Of a stretch of 40,688 nucleotides of DNA, positions 23,046 to 33,972 are shown piece by piece (positions within the stretch are counted from its first letter, which is position 1; each line of letters starts with the position of its first letter). The stretch comes from Octopus bimaculoides (Eukaryota). The stretch covers positions 56,289,452-56,330,139 of the forward strand of contig NC_068982.1 in assembly GCF_001194135.2 (NCBI RefSeq), written 5' to 3'. Position numbers and translations under genes: made by a program. The notes under the pieces were generated by a model, which saw only the letters and a list, made by a program, of their open reading frames with translations, made no database searches and was not told the DNA's origin.

Positions 23046-24640
23046 TGATGGTAGTGGTGATGGTGCTGGAGGTCGGGATGCGGCGACGGTAATGTTAATA
23101 ACTTTTCTACTCTAGGNNNNNNNNNNNNNNNNNNNNNNNNNNNNNNNNNNNNNNNNNNNNNNNNNNNNNNNNNNNNNNNNNNNNNNNNNNNNNNNNNNNN
23201 NNNNNNNNNNNNNNNNNNNNNNNNNNNNNNNNNNNNNNNNNNNNNNNNNNNNNNNNNNNNNNNNNNNNNNNNNNNNNNNNNNNNNNNNNNNNNNNNNNNN
23301 NNNNNNNNNNNNNNNNNNNNNNNNNNNNNNNNNNNNNNNNNNNNNNNNNNNNNNNNNNNNNNNNNNNNNNNNNNNNNNNNNNNNNNNNNNNNNNNNNNNN
23401 NNNNNNNNNNNNNNNNNNNNNNNNNNNNNNNNNNNNNNNNNNNNNNNNNNNNNNNNNNNNNNNNNNNNNNNNNNNNNNNNNNNNNNNNNNNNNNNNNNNN
23501 NNNNNNNNNNNNNNNNNNNNNNNNNNNNNNNNNNNNNNNNNNNNNNNNNNNNNNNNNNNNNNNNNNNNNNNNNNNNNNNNNNNNNNNNNNNNNNNNNNNN
23601 NNNNNNNNNNNNNNNNNNNNNNNNNNNNNNNNNNNNNNNNNNNNNNNNNNNNNNNNNNNNNNNNNNNNNNNNNNNNNNNNNNNNNNNNNNNNNNNNNNNN
23701 NNNNNNNNNNNNNNNNNNNNNNNNNNNNNNNNNNNNNNNNNNNNNNNNNNNNNNNNNNNNNNNNNNNNNNNNNNNNNNNNNNNNNNNNNNNNNNNNNNNN
23801 NNNNNNNNNNNNNNNNNNNNNNNNNNNNNNNNNNNNNNNNNNNNNNNNNNNNNNNNNNNNNNNNNNNNNNNNNNNNNNNNNNNNNNNNNNNNNNNNNNNN
23901 NNNNNNNNNNNNNNNNNNNNNNNNNNNNNNNNNNNNNNNNNNNNNNNNNNNNNNNNNNNNNNNNNNNNNNNNNNNNNNNNNNNNNNNNNNNNNNNNNNNN
24001 NNNNNNNNNNNNNNNNNNNNNNNNNNNNNNNNNNNNNNNNNNNNNNNNNNNNNNNNNNNNNNNNNNNNNNNNNNNNNNNNNNNNNNNNNNNNNNNGTGGT
24101 GGTGGTGGTGGTGGTGGTGGTGGTGATGGTGGTGGCAATGGTGGCAATTGCGATTATGGTGACAGTAAGGCGTGATAGTGGTGGTGGTGATGGTAGTGGT
24201 GGTAATGGGATGATGGTGATGGTGATGATGGTGGTGGCGATAGCGATGGTGATAGTAGTGATAGTAATGGTAGTGGTGGTGGTGGTGGTGGTGAAGGTGG
24301 TGATTGTGGTGGAGGAACTGTTGGTTGTGGTGGTGATGGTGGTGGTGGTGGTGGTGGTGGTGGTGCTGATGGTGATATAAGAGTGGAAGGATGTTAGCGC
24401 CGATGTCAATGTTGATTCTATTATTGGAATAATTCAAACAAAAATCAAGAAAAATAACTCAGTTTGACCTGTGGCACGTATTTGAACAGCAGAGACAAAT
24501 ACAGTAAAATCAACCTAGGTCAACCCTGATTGAGCAGACATAAGTTCAAAGACATTCCAGCCGTGACCATCCTGTCTCTTTATGGCTGCCACTTTATCCA
24601 GTGTGTGTGTATTTTTTAATGTTTTATATCTTTGATATTT

Positions 24641-24860
24641 TTTACCTGTTTCAGTTATTAGACTGCGACCATGCTGGGATACTGCCTTGAAGAATTTCTT
24701 TTAGTAGAATGAATCTACTCCAGTAATATATATCTATATCTATATATAAGGCCCGGTACTTATTATATCGGTGTCTTTTGCGGAACCACTAAGTTACGGG
24801 AACATAAACACAGCAACACCGGTTGCGAAGCGGTGGAGGCGGGAGAACAAGCACAAAAAG
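24641..24860 (-). mobile_element. SINE-A 3' half
   Basis: TGTTTCAGTTATTAGACTGCGACCATGCTGGG..GGTACTTATT..GGAACCACTAAGTTACGGG..CCGGTTGCGAAGCGGTGG. Confidence 0.75.
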
Positions 24861-24880
24861 AAATTCACACACACACATTT

Positions 24881-25510
24881 TAAAATAAGGGGAAGAAAGC
24901 AACATTGGTTATTGTATTCCTGGATACAGAACTCTAAGGACGCTTGACCGTCTAGAAATAGTAGTTAATTTTACCACAAATCACCACAAATCACAAAGAC
25001 CTTTCAGTAAGAAAAACATATACGCAAACAAGGGCGCAGGCGTGGTTTTATGGTATGAAGCTTGGTTCCCAACCGCATGGTTCCCAACCGCATGGTTCCG
25101 GATTTACTCCCATTGCGTGGTACCTTCGGCAAGTGTTTTCTACTATAGCTCTGGGCCGACCAAAGCCTTGTGAGTAAATCTGTAGATATACATACGAATG
25201 GGCTTCTTTCAGCTTCCGTCTACCAAATCCACAGATCTACTCACAAGACTTTGGTTGGCCCGAGGCTAGAGTAGAAGATACTTGCCCAAGGTGCCACGCA
25301 GTGGGACTGAACCCGTAACCATGTGGTTGGGAAGCAAGCTCCTTACCATAAAACCACGCCTGCGCCTATGTGTTTGCGTATGTGTTTTTCTTACTGAAAG
25401 ATCTTTGTGATTTGAGGTAAACGTAACTACCATTTCTAGACGGTCGAGGTCCTTAGAAATCTGTATCCAGGACTACAATAACAAACGTTCCTTTTCTTCC
25501 CCTTATGTTA
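24881..25510. repeat. Long inverted repeat (fold-back): arms 24881-25183 and 25231-25510, 47-bp spacer
   Basis: The reverse complement of the right arm aligns end to end with the left arm; each arm is ~150 bp of flank plus a SINE-A 5' half. Confidence 0.9.
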
Positions 25511-26504
25511 GAATAATATTTTTGATTTGAGGGATGTCTAGCTGCTATTTCTAGCCCGTCATGTGCTCTTTCAGATGCTCTCTTGTTGACTCGTTGGTAA
25601 TGATGGTGGTAACGGAAGTGGGGATGATGTTGGTGCTAACAGCAGTGNNNNNNNNNNNNNNNNNNNNNNNNNNNNNNNNNNNNNNNNNNNNNNNNNNNNN
25701 NNNNNNNNNNNNNNNNNNNNNNNNNNNNNNNNNNNNNNNNNNNNNNNNNNNNNNNNNNNNNNNNNNNNNNNNNNNNNNNNNNNNNNNNNNNNNNNNNNNN
25801 NNNNNNNNNNNNNNNNNNNNNNNNNNNNNNNNNNNNNNNNNNNNNNNNNNNNNNNNNNNNNNNNNNNNNNNNNNNNNNNNNNNNNNNNNNNNNNNNNNNN
25901 NNNNNNNNNNNNNNNNNNNNNNNNNNNNNNNNNNNNNNNNNNNNNNNNNNNNNNNNNNNNNNNNNNNNNNNNNNNNNNNNNNNNNNNNNNNNNNNNNNNN
26001 NNNNNNNNNNNNNNNNNNNNNNNNNNNNNNNNNNNNNNNNNNNNNNNNNNNNNNNNNNNNNNNNNNNNNNNNNNNNNNNNNNNNNNNNNNNNNNNNNNNN
26101 NNNNNNNNNNNNNNNNNNNNNNNNNNNNNNNNNNNNNNNNNNNNNNNNNNNNNNNNNNNNNNNNNNNNNNNNNNNNNNNNNNNNNNNNNNNNNNNNNNNN
26201 NNNNNNNNNNNNNNNNNNNNNNNNNNNNNNNNNNNNNNNNNNNNNNNNNNNNNNNNNNNNNNNNNNNNNNNNNNNNNNNNNNNNNNNNNNNNNNNNNNNN
26301 NNNNNNNNNNNNNNNNNNNNNNNNNNNNNNNNNNNNNNNNNNNNNNNNNNNNNNNNNNNNNNNNNNNNNNNNNNNNNNNNNNNNNNNNNNNNNNNNNNNN
26401 NNNNNNNNNNNNNNNNNNNNNNNNNNNNNNNNNNNNNNNNNNNNNNNNNNNNNNNNNNNNNNNNNNNNNNNNNNNNNNNNNNNNNNNNNNNNNNNNNNNN
26501 NNNN

Positions 26505-26561
<57 letters not shown>

Positions 26562-26742
26562 TGTGTGTGTGTAAGCAAAAATTGTTACACGCCATTGTAT
26601 TCGATAATATACACATATATGCAAAAATTTTACACATTGGTGTATACAAATATAAATACACAAATGCACATATATATGTGTGTATGTGTCTGTTTCATCA
26701 TGTGTTTGTGTGTGTAAATATTGTAAATATATATGCATATAT

Positions 26743-26905
26743 AGGCGCAGCCGTGGGCTTGTGGTAAGAAGATTGCTTCCCAACCACATGCTTCCGGGTT
26801 CAGCGCCACTGCGTGGCACCTTAGAAAAATGTCATCTACTACAGCCTCGGACCGACCAAAGCCTTGTGAGTTGATTTGTTTGACAGAAACTGGAAGAAGC
26901 CCGTT
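26743..26905 (+). mobile_element. SINE-A 5' half running into a gap
   Basis: AGGCGCAGCCGTGGGCTTGTGGTAAGAAGATTGCTTCCCAACCAC..GGGTTCAGCGCCACTGCGTGGCACCTT..CCAAAGCCTTGTGAG..GAAGAAGCCCG. Confidence 0.85.
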
Positions 26906-27891
26906 ATATANNNNNNNNNNNNNNNNNNNNNNNNNNNNNNNNNNNNNNNNNNNNNNNNNNNNNNNNNNNNNNNNNNNNNNNNNNNNNNNNNNNNNNNNNN
27001 NNNNNNNNNNNNNNNNNNNNNNNNNNNNNNNNNNNNNNNNNNNNNNNNNNNNNNNNNNNNNNNNNNNNNNNNNNNNNNNNNNNNNNNNNNNNNNNNNNNN
27101 NNNNNNNNNNNNNNNNNNNNNNNNNNNNNNNNNNNNNNNNNNNNNNNNNNNNNNNNNNNNNNNNNNNNNNNNNNNNNNNNNNNNNNNNNNNNNNNNNNNN
27201 NNNNNNNNNNNNNNNNNNNNNNNNNNNNNNNNNNNNNNNNNNNNNNNNNNNNNNNNNNNNNNNNNNNNNNNNNNNNNNNNNNNNNNNNNNNNNNNNNNNN
27301 NNNNNNNNNNNNNNNNNNNNNNNNNNNNNNNNNNNNNNNNNNNNNNNNNNNNNNNNNNNNNNNNNNNNNNNNNNNNNNNNNNNNNNNNNNNNNNNNNNNN
27401 NNNNNNNNNNNNNNNNNNNNNNNNNNNNNNNNNNNNNNNNNNNNNNNNNNNNNNNNNNNNNNNNNNNNNNNNNNNNNNNNNNNNNNNNNNNNNNNNNNNN
27501 NNNNNNNNNNNNNNNNNNNNNNNNNNNNNNNNNNNNNNNNNNNNNNNNNNNNNNNNNNNNNNNNNNNNNNNNNNNNNNNNNNNNNNNNNNNNNNNNNNNN
27601 NNNNNNNNNNNNNNNNNNNNNNNNNNNNNNNNNNNNNNNNNNNNNNNNNNNNNNNNNNNNNNNNNNNNNNNNNNNNNNNNNNNNNNNNNNNNNNNNNNNN
27701 NNNNNNNNNNNNNNNNNNNNNNNNNNNNNNNNNNNNNNNNNNNNNNNNNNNNNNNNNNNNNNNNNNNNNNNNNNNNNNNNNNNNNNNNNNNNNNNNNNNN
27801 NNNNNNNNNNNNNNNNNNNNNNNNNNNNNNNNNNNNNNNNNNNNNNNNNNNNNNNNNNNNNNNNNNNNNNNNNNNNNNNNNNNNNNNNNNN

Positions 27892-27933
<42 letters not shown>

Positions 27934-27985
27934 CATATACATATCTACTGCAAGTTTTGCTCGTCGAATTGTCGAAGGAAAAGAA

Positions 27986-28037
27986 ATGGAAACGAAAAAA
28001 CTAACTTTCTTTATGATATTACAAATATTTATTCTAG
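27986..28037 (+). CDS. Candidate first coding exon encoding a signal-peptide-like N-terminus (METKKLTFFMILQIFIL|G)
   Basis: ATG in GAAATGG context, basic n-region KK, hydrophobic core, phase-1 donor CTAG|GTAGTA. Short; no downstream partner exon identified. Confidence 0.25.
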
Positions 28038-28406
28038 GTAGTATATATATATAAATAAACGTATACTTTGTATACTAACAGCATTCTATAAGAAAATCAT
28101 CTACATTTGCCTGTCTAGCACATCGCACCCGCCATTTGTTTGACTACACTGCTCATAGGGTGAGTTGAGATCCTTGTCTCCAAACCGCAATGCAGTTCAG
28201 GATTGCCAGTGTTTTTAATTCATTATGGCTCCAGAGGTCTATTTGCTGATCATTCACTTGGACTAAAGAGTGAGAGAGAGAGAGAGAAGTGGAGAGAAAG
28301 AGAGAGAGAGAGAGGGAGAGAAAGAGAGAGAGAGAGGGTGAGAGAAAGAGAGAGAGGAGGAGAGAGAAAGTGAGAGAGAAGGGATTAAAAATGTGATCAA
28401 CTGTTA

Positions 28407-28770
28407 TTGCGGCACGCCGGGCAAAATGCTTAGCAGTAATTCGTCCCTCTTTACGCTCTGAGTTCAAATTCCACCGAGGTTGACTTTGCCTTTCACTCCT
28501 TCAGGGTCGATGAAATAAGTACCAGCTGAGCTCTGGGTTCGATGTAATCGACTGACCCACTCCCTCAAAATTTCAGGCCTTGTGCCTTTAGTAGAAAGAA
28601 TTATTATTGGAATTGTTAAGGCCATGAGCTGGCGGAATCGTAAGCACGCCGGACGAAATGCTTAGCGGTCGACTTTGCTTTTCATCCTTTCAGAGCCGAT
28701 AAAATATATACCAGTTGAGTACTTAGATCGATACAATCGGTTTACCCCGAAATTGCTGGCTTTGTCCTTT
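28407..28770 (+). mobile_element. Two tandem SINE-B copies (second internally deleted)
   Basis: GCACGCCGGGCAAAATGCTTAGC..GAGTTCAAATTCC..TTTCAGGCCTTGTGCCTTTAGTAGAAAG(ATT)n, then AAGGCCATGAGCTGGCGGAATCG..CCCCGAAATTGCTGGCTTTGT. Confidence 0.8.
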
Positions 28771-28910
28771 CAGTCACTGATATCGCAAACAACTAGCGGG
28801 TTTTCTTGTTTTTGTTTAGCCGTAGGAGCTCTGATCGAGTAGACTATTGTCAAAAATATTTCAGCTGCGACCATCAAGTCTAATGTTAAGAATCTTTGGT
28901 CCGGTTACTT

Positions 28911-28952
28911 GTGACTGATGAGACACAGCATATCAAAACACCGGTGTCTCAT
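28911..28952 (+). ncRNA. Decayed minimal type-I hammerhead-ribozyme-like motif
   Basis: GTGA-CTGATGA-GA(cacagcata)TC-AAAA-C-ACCGGT-GTC-TCAT: canonical order with one core G>A change (28935) at a CpG. Confidence 0.3.
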
Positions 28953-29056
28953 TATCCCTTATACTAGTGACACAAGTGTATTACAAACACGTAGTCGTCG
29001 TAAAAGAGAAGCTCTTCTCCTGCTACGAAGCGAACAACGAAAGGCACAATTGCGTT

Positions 29057-29273
29057 TGAATCCTTCGGCATTTAGATTACTCAATCAAACATAATGCTTA
29101 TTTACTGAAATTGGTTTGAATTAATGGAAGTACATCTTATAGCTTCAAGATTTCAATGATGTTGATTGTATATTTTTTGAATGATATATTATGGTTGGTA
29201 TAAGAGGCCAGTTTGAACATAAAACGTAGAATATATGGATCTGATATGACCAGTTTAAATGCGAAAGGGTTAA
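29057..29273. mobile_element. piggyBac-like MITE, degenerate
   Basis: The right end AAATGCGAAAGGGTTAA is the TTAA-CCC piggyBac-type terminus; the left end TGAATCCTTCGGCATTT matches its reverse complement 13/17; no ORF. Confidence 0.5.
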
Positions 29274-29467
29274 AAATGAATATGCAAATCATCGTTTCGA
29301 ATATCGCTGCTCACCTTGCACTTAACGATTTATCATCAAGTTTTTTGCAAATATTGTGTATCTAGGACTACACTGTTTATGACAACATAATATGCTTCAA
29401 TGTACTTCCATTGTTTTTAATAACAGCATGTTATAATTTAAGAGCGACTTGACTGCTATTTCTAACA

Positions 29468-29735
29468 TAGTCGCAGACGCAGCTGTGTGGTAAGAAGTTT
29501 CTTTCTCAGTCACATGTTTCTGGGTTCAGTCTCACTGCGTGGCACCTTGGGCAAGCGCCTGCTACTACTGCTTCGGGCTGACCGAAGCTTTGTGAGTGGA
29601 TTTGGTAGAAAGTAGGTTTGTTTTTTTTTTGTTTTTTTTTCAAACATAAGGTACTGGGAGTGATCCGTTTGACTAAAATTCTTCAAGACGATGCCCCAGC
29701 ATGGCCACAGTTTAATGACTGAAACAAATAAAAGG
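29468..29735 (+). mobile_element. SINE-A with central deletion
   Basis: Head GCAGCTGTGTGGTAAGAAG..GGGTTCAGTCTCACTGCGTGGCACCTTGGGCAAG joined via poly-T to ..GCCCCAGCATGGCCACAGTTTAATGACTGAAACAAATAAAAG. Confidence 0.75.
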
Positions 29736-29826
29736 AAAAGGTAAAATGGAGGCTGACAGAAACACGTTTTCTCCTCTTGTCTTTCGGGCGCGTAATGCGG
29801 CTTCGGTTCCTAAGTTTTAATTCCAT

Positions 29827-30084
29827 TCTCTTTTACTCTTTTACTTGTTTCAGTCATTTGACTGCGGCCATGCTGGAGCACCGCCTTTAGTCGAGCTAAT
29901 CGACCCNNNNNNNNNNAGCACCGCCTTTAGTCGAGCTAATCGACCCCAGGACTTATTCTTTGTAAGCCCAGTACTTATTCTATCGGTCTCTTTTTGCCCA
30001 GCCGCTAAGTTACGAGGACGTAAACACACCAACATCGGTTGTCAAGCTATGGTGGGGGCACAAACACAGACACACAAACACACA

Positions 30085-30144
<60 letters not shown>

Positions 30145-30484
30145 CTCGTCGAAACGCCGGTGTTAAAACGTGGGTAGCTGATGAAGTAGAATGTTCTCTA
30201 TGTGGCTCGTTTGTTCTCGTCTATGTTGTTTGCAATGTCCTGTACCCAGATATGCACCTATACATACAGGTGGATGTCGGTATGCACATACCTGTACGTA
30301 TATATGCATATACTCATTTACTATTTGTTTATATATATATATATATATAGACATATATACGACGGGCTTCTTTCAGTTTCCGTCTACCAAATCCACTCAC
30401 AAGGCTTTGGTCGGCCCGAGGCTCTGAACGCGGAACCATGTGGTTGGTAAGCAAGCTACCTACCACACAGCCACTCCTGCGCCT
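29827..30484 (-). mobile_element. SINE-A, complete, with a ~150-bp foreign insert in its internal microsatellite
   Basis: Tail at 29827, 3' half to ~30060, microsatellite with non-repeat insert ~30142-30290, 5' half 30358-30484 ending CCACACAGCCACTCCTGCGCCT. Confidence 0.85.
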
Positions 30485-31052
30485 ATTGTATAGTCTTTAC
30501 ATGTAGAAATCAGTCCTGCCATCGTTAGCTACATTTGCCGTCATATATCAATGCCACTCTGAACACTTTAGACCGGGCTCGCTTTAATTCTCTAATACTT
30601 CCGGATCGTCGATAAAATAGGTTATCGTTTAAAATAATGGTAAGGGAGGAGATCGTTAGTATTGACGATTTCACTCCTACCTCGCTGGCTGTGTGGCCTT
30701 GTGCTTATGTTTAGGAAAATTAACACAGTAAAACCCACCCACACGTTATCGCCATCTTTGCTTTTATCGTCATTATTAACTTCCACCACCAGCACCACCA
30801 GCAACAACAACAACAACAACAGCAGCATCAGCATCCCCAAGTACCACCACCACCACCACCACCACCGCCGCCGCCGCTGCTGCTGCTGCTGTCCCTCACA
30901 TTATTCATTTGACACATCATTTAGTGCAGGTGGACAGCTGACAAACAAATCTTTCAGTGCAGCTAATTCTTCTCTTCCCTTCCTGTTGACTTTTGTCCAC
31001 AATGTGTCAAAGCTTTCGTTCCTGTTCTCTTCCTTTTACTCCCTTACTCCAC

Positions 31053-31107
<55 letters not shown>

Positions 31108-31278
31108 TTTCCCTCGTCTCCACACTAACTCACTCACACGCAAACATGCATACGCGTCTAAACATCTTATTCTCTCTTCATTCTTTGTTTTACTTCTGAT
31201 ATCTTCCCTTCTTTAACCAGGTTTTATTTCTCTTTATCTTCCAGCTCATTGGATTTAAATGTGCACTTTCTCTTCCCC

Positions 31279-31316
<38 letters not shown>

Positions 31317-31387
31317 TGTAGATACACATGCGCGCGCGTATTTATGTATATATGTGTATGTGTATGTGTGTGTGTGTGTGTGTAGAT

Positions 31388-31590
31388 TCTTTTATTCTTT
31401 TATTTGTTTCAATCATTTGACTGCGGCCATGCTGGAGCACCGCCTTTAGTCGAATAAATCGACCCCATGACTTATTCCTTGTAAGCCTATTACTTATTCT
31501 ATAGGTCTCATGCCGAACCGCTAAGTTACGAGGACGTAAACACACCAGCATCGGTTGTCAAGCGATGGTAGGGGGGATGAACACAGACAC
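31388..31590 (-). mobile_element. SINE-A 3' half
   Basis: TCTTTTATTCTTTTATTTGTTTCAATCATTTGACTGCGGCCATGCTGGAGCACCGCCTTTAG..CCGAACCGCTAAGTTACG. Confidence 0.85.
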
Positions 31591-32400
31591 AGAAACACTT
31601 ACAGACACACACACACACAGGCACGCATTTATATATATATACATACATGNNNNNNNNNNNNNNNNNNNNNNNNNNNNNNNNNNNNNNNNNNNNNNNNNNN
31701 NNNNNNNNNNNNNNNNNNNNNNNNNNNNNNNNNNNNNNNNNNNNNNNNNNNNNNNNNNNNNNNNNNNNNNNNNNNNNNNNNNNNNNNNNNNNNNNNNNNN
31801 NNNNNNNNNNNNNNNNNNNNNNNNNNNNNNNNNNNNNNNNNNNNNNNNNNNNNNNNNNNNNNNNNNNNNNNNNNNNNNNNNNNNNNNNNNNNNNNNNNNN
31901 NNNNNNNNNNNNNNNNNNNNNNNNNNNNNNNNNNNNNNNNNNNNNNNNNNNNNNNNNNNNNNNNNNNNNNNNNNNNNNNNNNNNNNNNNNNNNNNNNNNN
32001 NNNNNNNNNNNNNNNNNNNNNNNNNNNNNNNNNNNNNNNNNNNNNNNNNNNNNNNNNNNNNNNNNNNNNNNNNNNNNNNNNNNNNNNNNNNNNNNNNNNN
32101 NNNNNNNNNNNNNNNNNNNNNNNNNNNNNNNNNNNNNNNNNNNNNNNNNNNNNNNNNNNNNNNNNNNNNNNNNNNNNNNNNNNNNNNNNNNNNNNNNNNN
32201 NNNNNNNNNNNNNNNNNNNNNNNNNNNNNNNNNNNNNNNNNNNNNNNNNNNNNNNNNNNNNNNNNNNNNNNNNNNNNNNNNNNNNNNNNNNNNNNNNNNN
32301 NNNNNNNNNNNNNNNNNNNNNNNNNNNNNNNNNNNNNNNNNNNNNNNNNNATATATATATATATATATTTATATATATTTATATATATTACATACATATA

Positions 32401-32643
32401 CAGGGTGCGGGGAATAAATTGTCGTTTAAATTACGCAAAAATAAAAATAATACTGACATCTCCTTATAACAGACATATTTACCAAGATTACATAAAAATA
32501 TCTTGAAATACTAAAGAGTAAATTTATTCAATAAAATTGCCATTGGCTTCAAACACGGCCTCCAGAAGACTTCTGAATCTCGTGCAACTCTTCTGAACAG
32601 TCTCCTTGTTTAAGTTGTTGAATGTTGCCATAATCCTTGCCTT
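32401..32643 (-). mobile_element. DD37D transposon 3' end, second copy of the 5940-7220 family
   Basis: TA|CAGGGTGCGGGGAATAAATTGTC TIR followed by sequence aligning with 5962-6180 (AAATTACGCAAAAAT..TACTGACATCTC..TCTCCTTGTTTAAGTTG.TGAATG.TGCCATAATCCTTGCCTTC). Confidence 0.85.
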
Positions 32644-33164
32644 CAATTCATCTCAATCCCTCTCCCAGTTTTCCTTTCCTTATTCACTTTCCCTATCAAA
32701 ATTTGTTTTGTCTTCTTCTTTCGTTTTTCTTGTTAAGAAAGTTTACATAAGAAGCATTTTCATACGAGGGAGGGAACTGCACGCAGTCACCTTACAATTC
32801 CACGTTCACAGCAACCACTGCCGTTTTCTGATGTTATATTTATGTTACCAAATATATAACAGCTGTACTTTATTGTTTATTTTGTTTTAGTTGTTGTTTA
32901 GCCCCTCCCCTTTTCCTCACCGCATTCACACTGATCTACATTAGGACTATGGCCATAGAAATTCCAGCCTTGACCCTCTCGCATTTTTTGTATATCTAGG
33001 ATAATGATCACCAATGTATTCATGGGTTCCTTCTTACCTTCTTTTAAACGGATAGGTGTGACTGAACGGTTTCGGATATTCAGCAATGTTATAAACATTC
33101 TCTTGTTAATTCGGACTATTTCTTTATTTTTATTTTTTTATTTATTGTCGTTTTCTTGTCCCGG

Positions 33165-33339
33165 TCATTGGACTGTGGACATCTTGGGTTACCGCAGTGA
33201 AGGGTTTAGTCAAAAGAATCGATCCAAGTAGTTATTTTTAAGTCTGGTACTTGTTTATTCTGATCCGTTTGCCGAACCGCAAAATTACATAGAAGTAAAC
33301 AAACCAGCCCTGGTTGACAAGTGATTGTAGGGGACCAGT

Positions 33340-33340
<1 letters not shown>
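33165..33340 (-). mobile_element. SINE-A 3' half, degenerate
   Basis: GTCATTGGACTGTGGACATCTTGGG..CTGGTACTTG..TTGCCGAACCGC..GGTTGACAAGTG. Confidence 0.65.
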
Positions 33341-33388
<48 letters not shown>

Positions 33389-33935
33389 GTANNNNNNNNN
33401 NNNNNNNNNNNNNNNNNNNNNNNNNNNNNNNNNNNNNNNNNNNNNNNNNNNNNNNNNNNNNNNNNNNNNNNNNNNNNNNNNNNNNNNNNNNNNNNNNNNN
33501 NNNNNNNNNNNNNNNNNNNNNNNNNNNNNNNNNNNNNNNNNNNNNNNNNNNNNNNNNNNNNNNNNNNNNNNNNNNNNNNNNNNNNNNNNNNNNNNNNNNN
33601 NNNNNNNNNNNNNNNNNNNNNNNNNNNNNNNNNNNNNNNNNNNNNNNNNNNNNNNNNNNNNNNNNNNNNNNNNNNNNNNNNNNNNNNNNNNNNNNNNNNN
33701 NNNNNNNNNNNNNNNNNNNNNNNNNNNNNNNNNNNNNNNNNNNNNNNNNNNNNNNNNNNNNNNNNNNNNNNNNNNNNNNNNNNNNNNNNNNNNNNNNNNN
33801 NNNNNNNNNNNNNNNNNNNNNNNNNNNNNNNNNNNNNNNNNNNNNNNNNNNNNNNNNNNNNNNNNNNNNNNNNNNNNNNNNNNNNNNNNNNNNNNNNNNN
33901 NNNNNNNNNNNNNNNNNNNNNNNNNNNNNNNNNNN

Positions 33936-33972
<37 letters not shown>

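Noticed and set aside
23046-24409. Poly-His/Thr/Pro/Val ORFs
   Set aside because: (GGT)n/(GAT)n microsatellite flanking a gap.
29877-29947. 30-bp direct repeat flanking a 10-N gap
   Set aside because: Identical sequence on both sides of the gap within a SINE is an unmerged contig overlap (assembly artefact).
30781-30910. Frame reading HHQHHQ9HQHPQVP11L5, resembling huntingtin exon 1 (polyQ-P11)
   Set aside because: No in-frame Met after the upstream stop, no N17 segment, no credible splice sites, and a stop soon after; explained by compound microsatellites.
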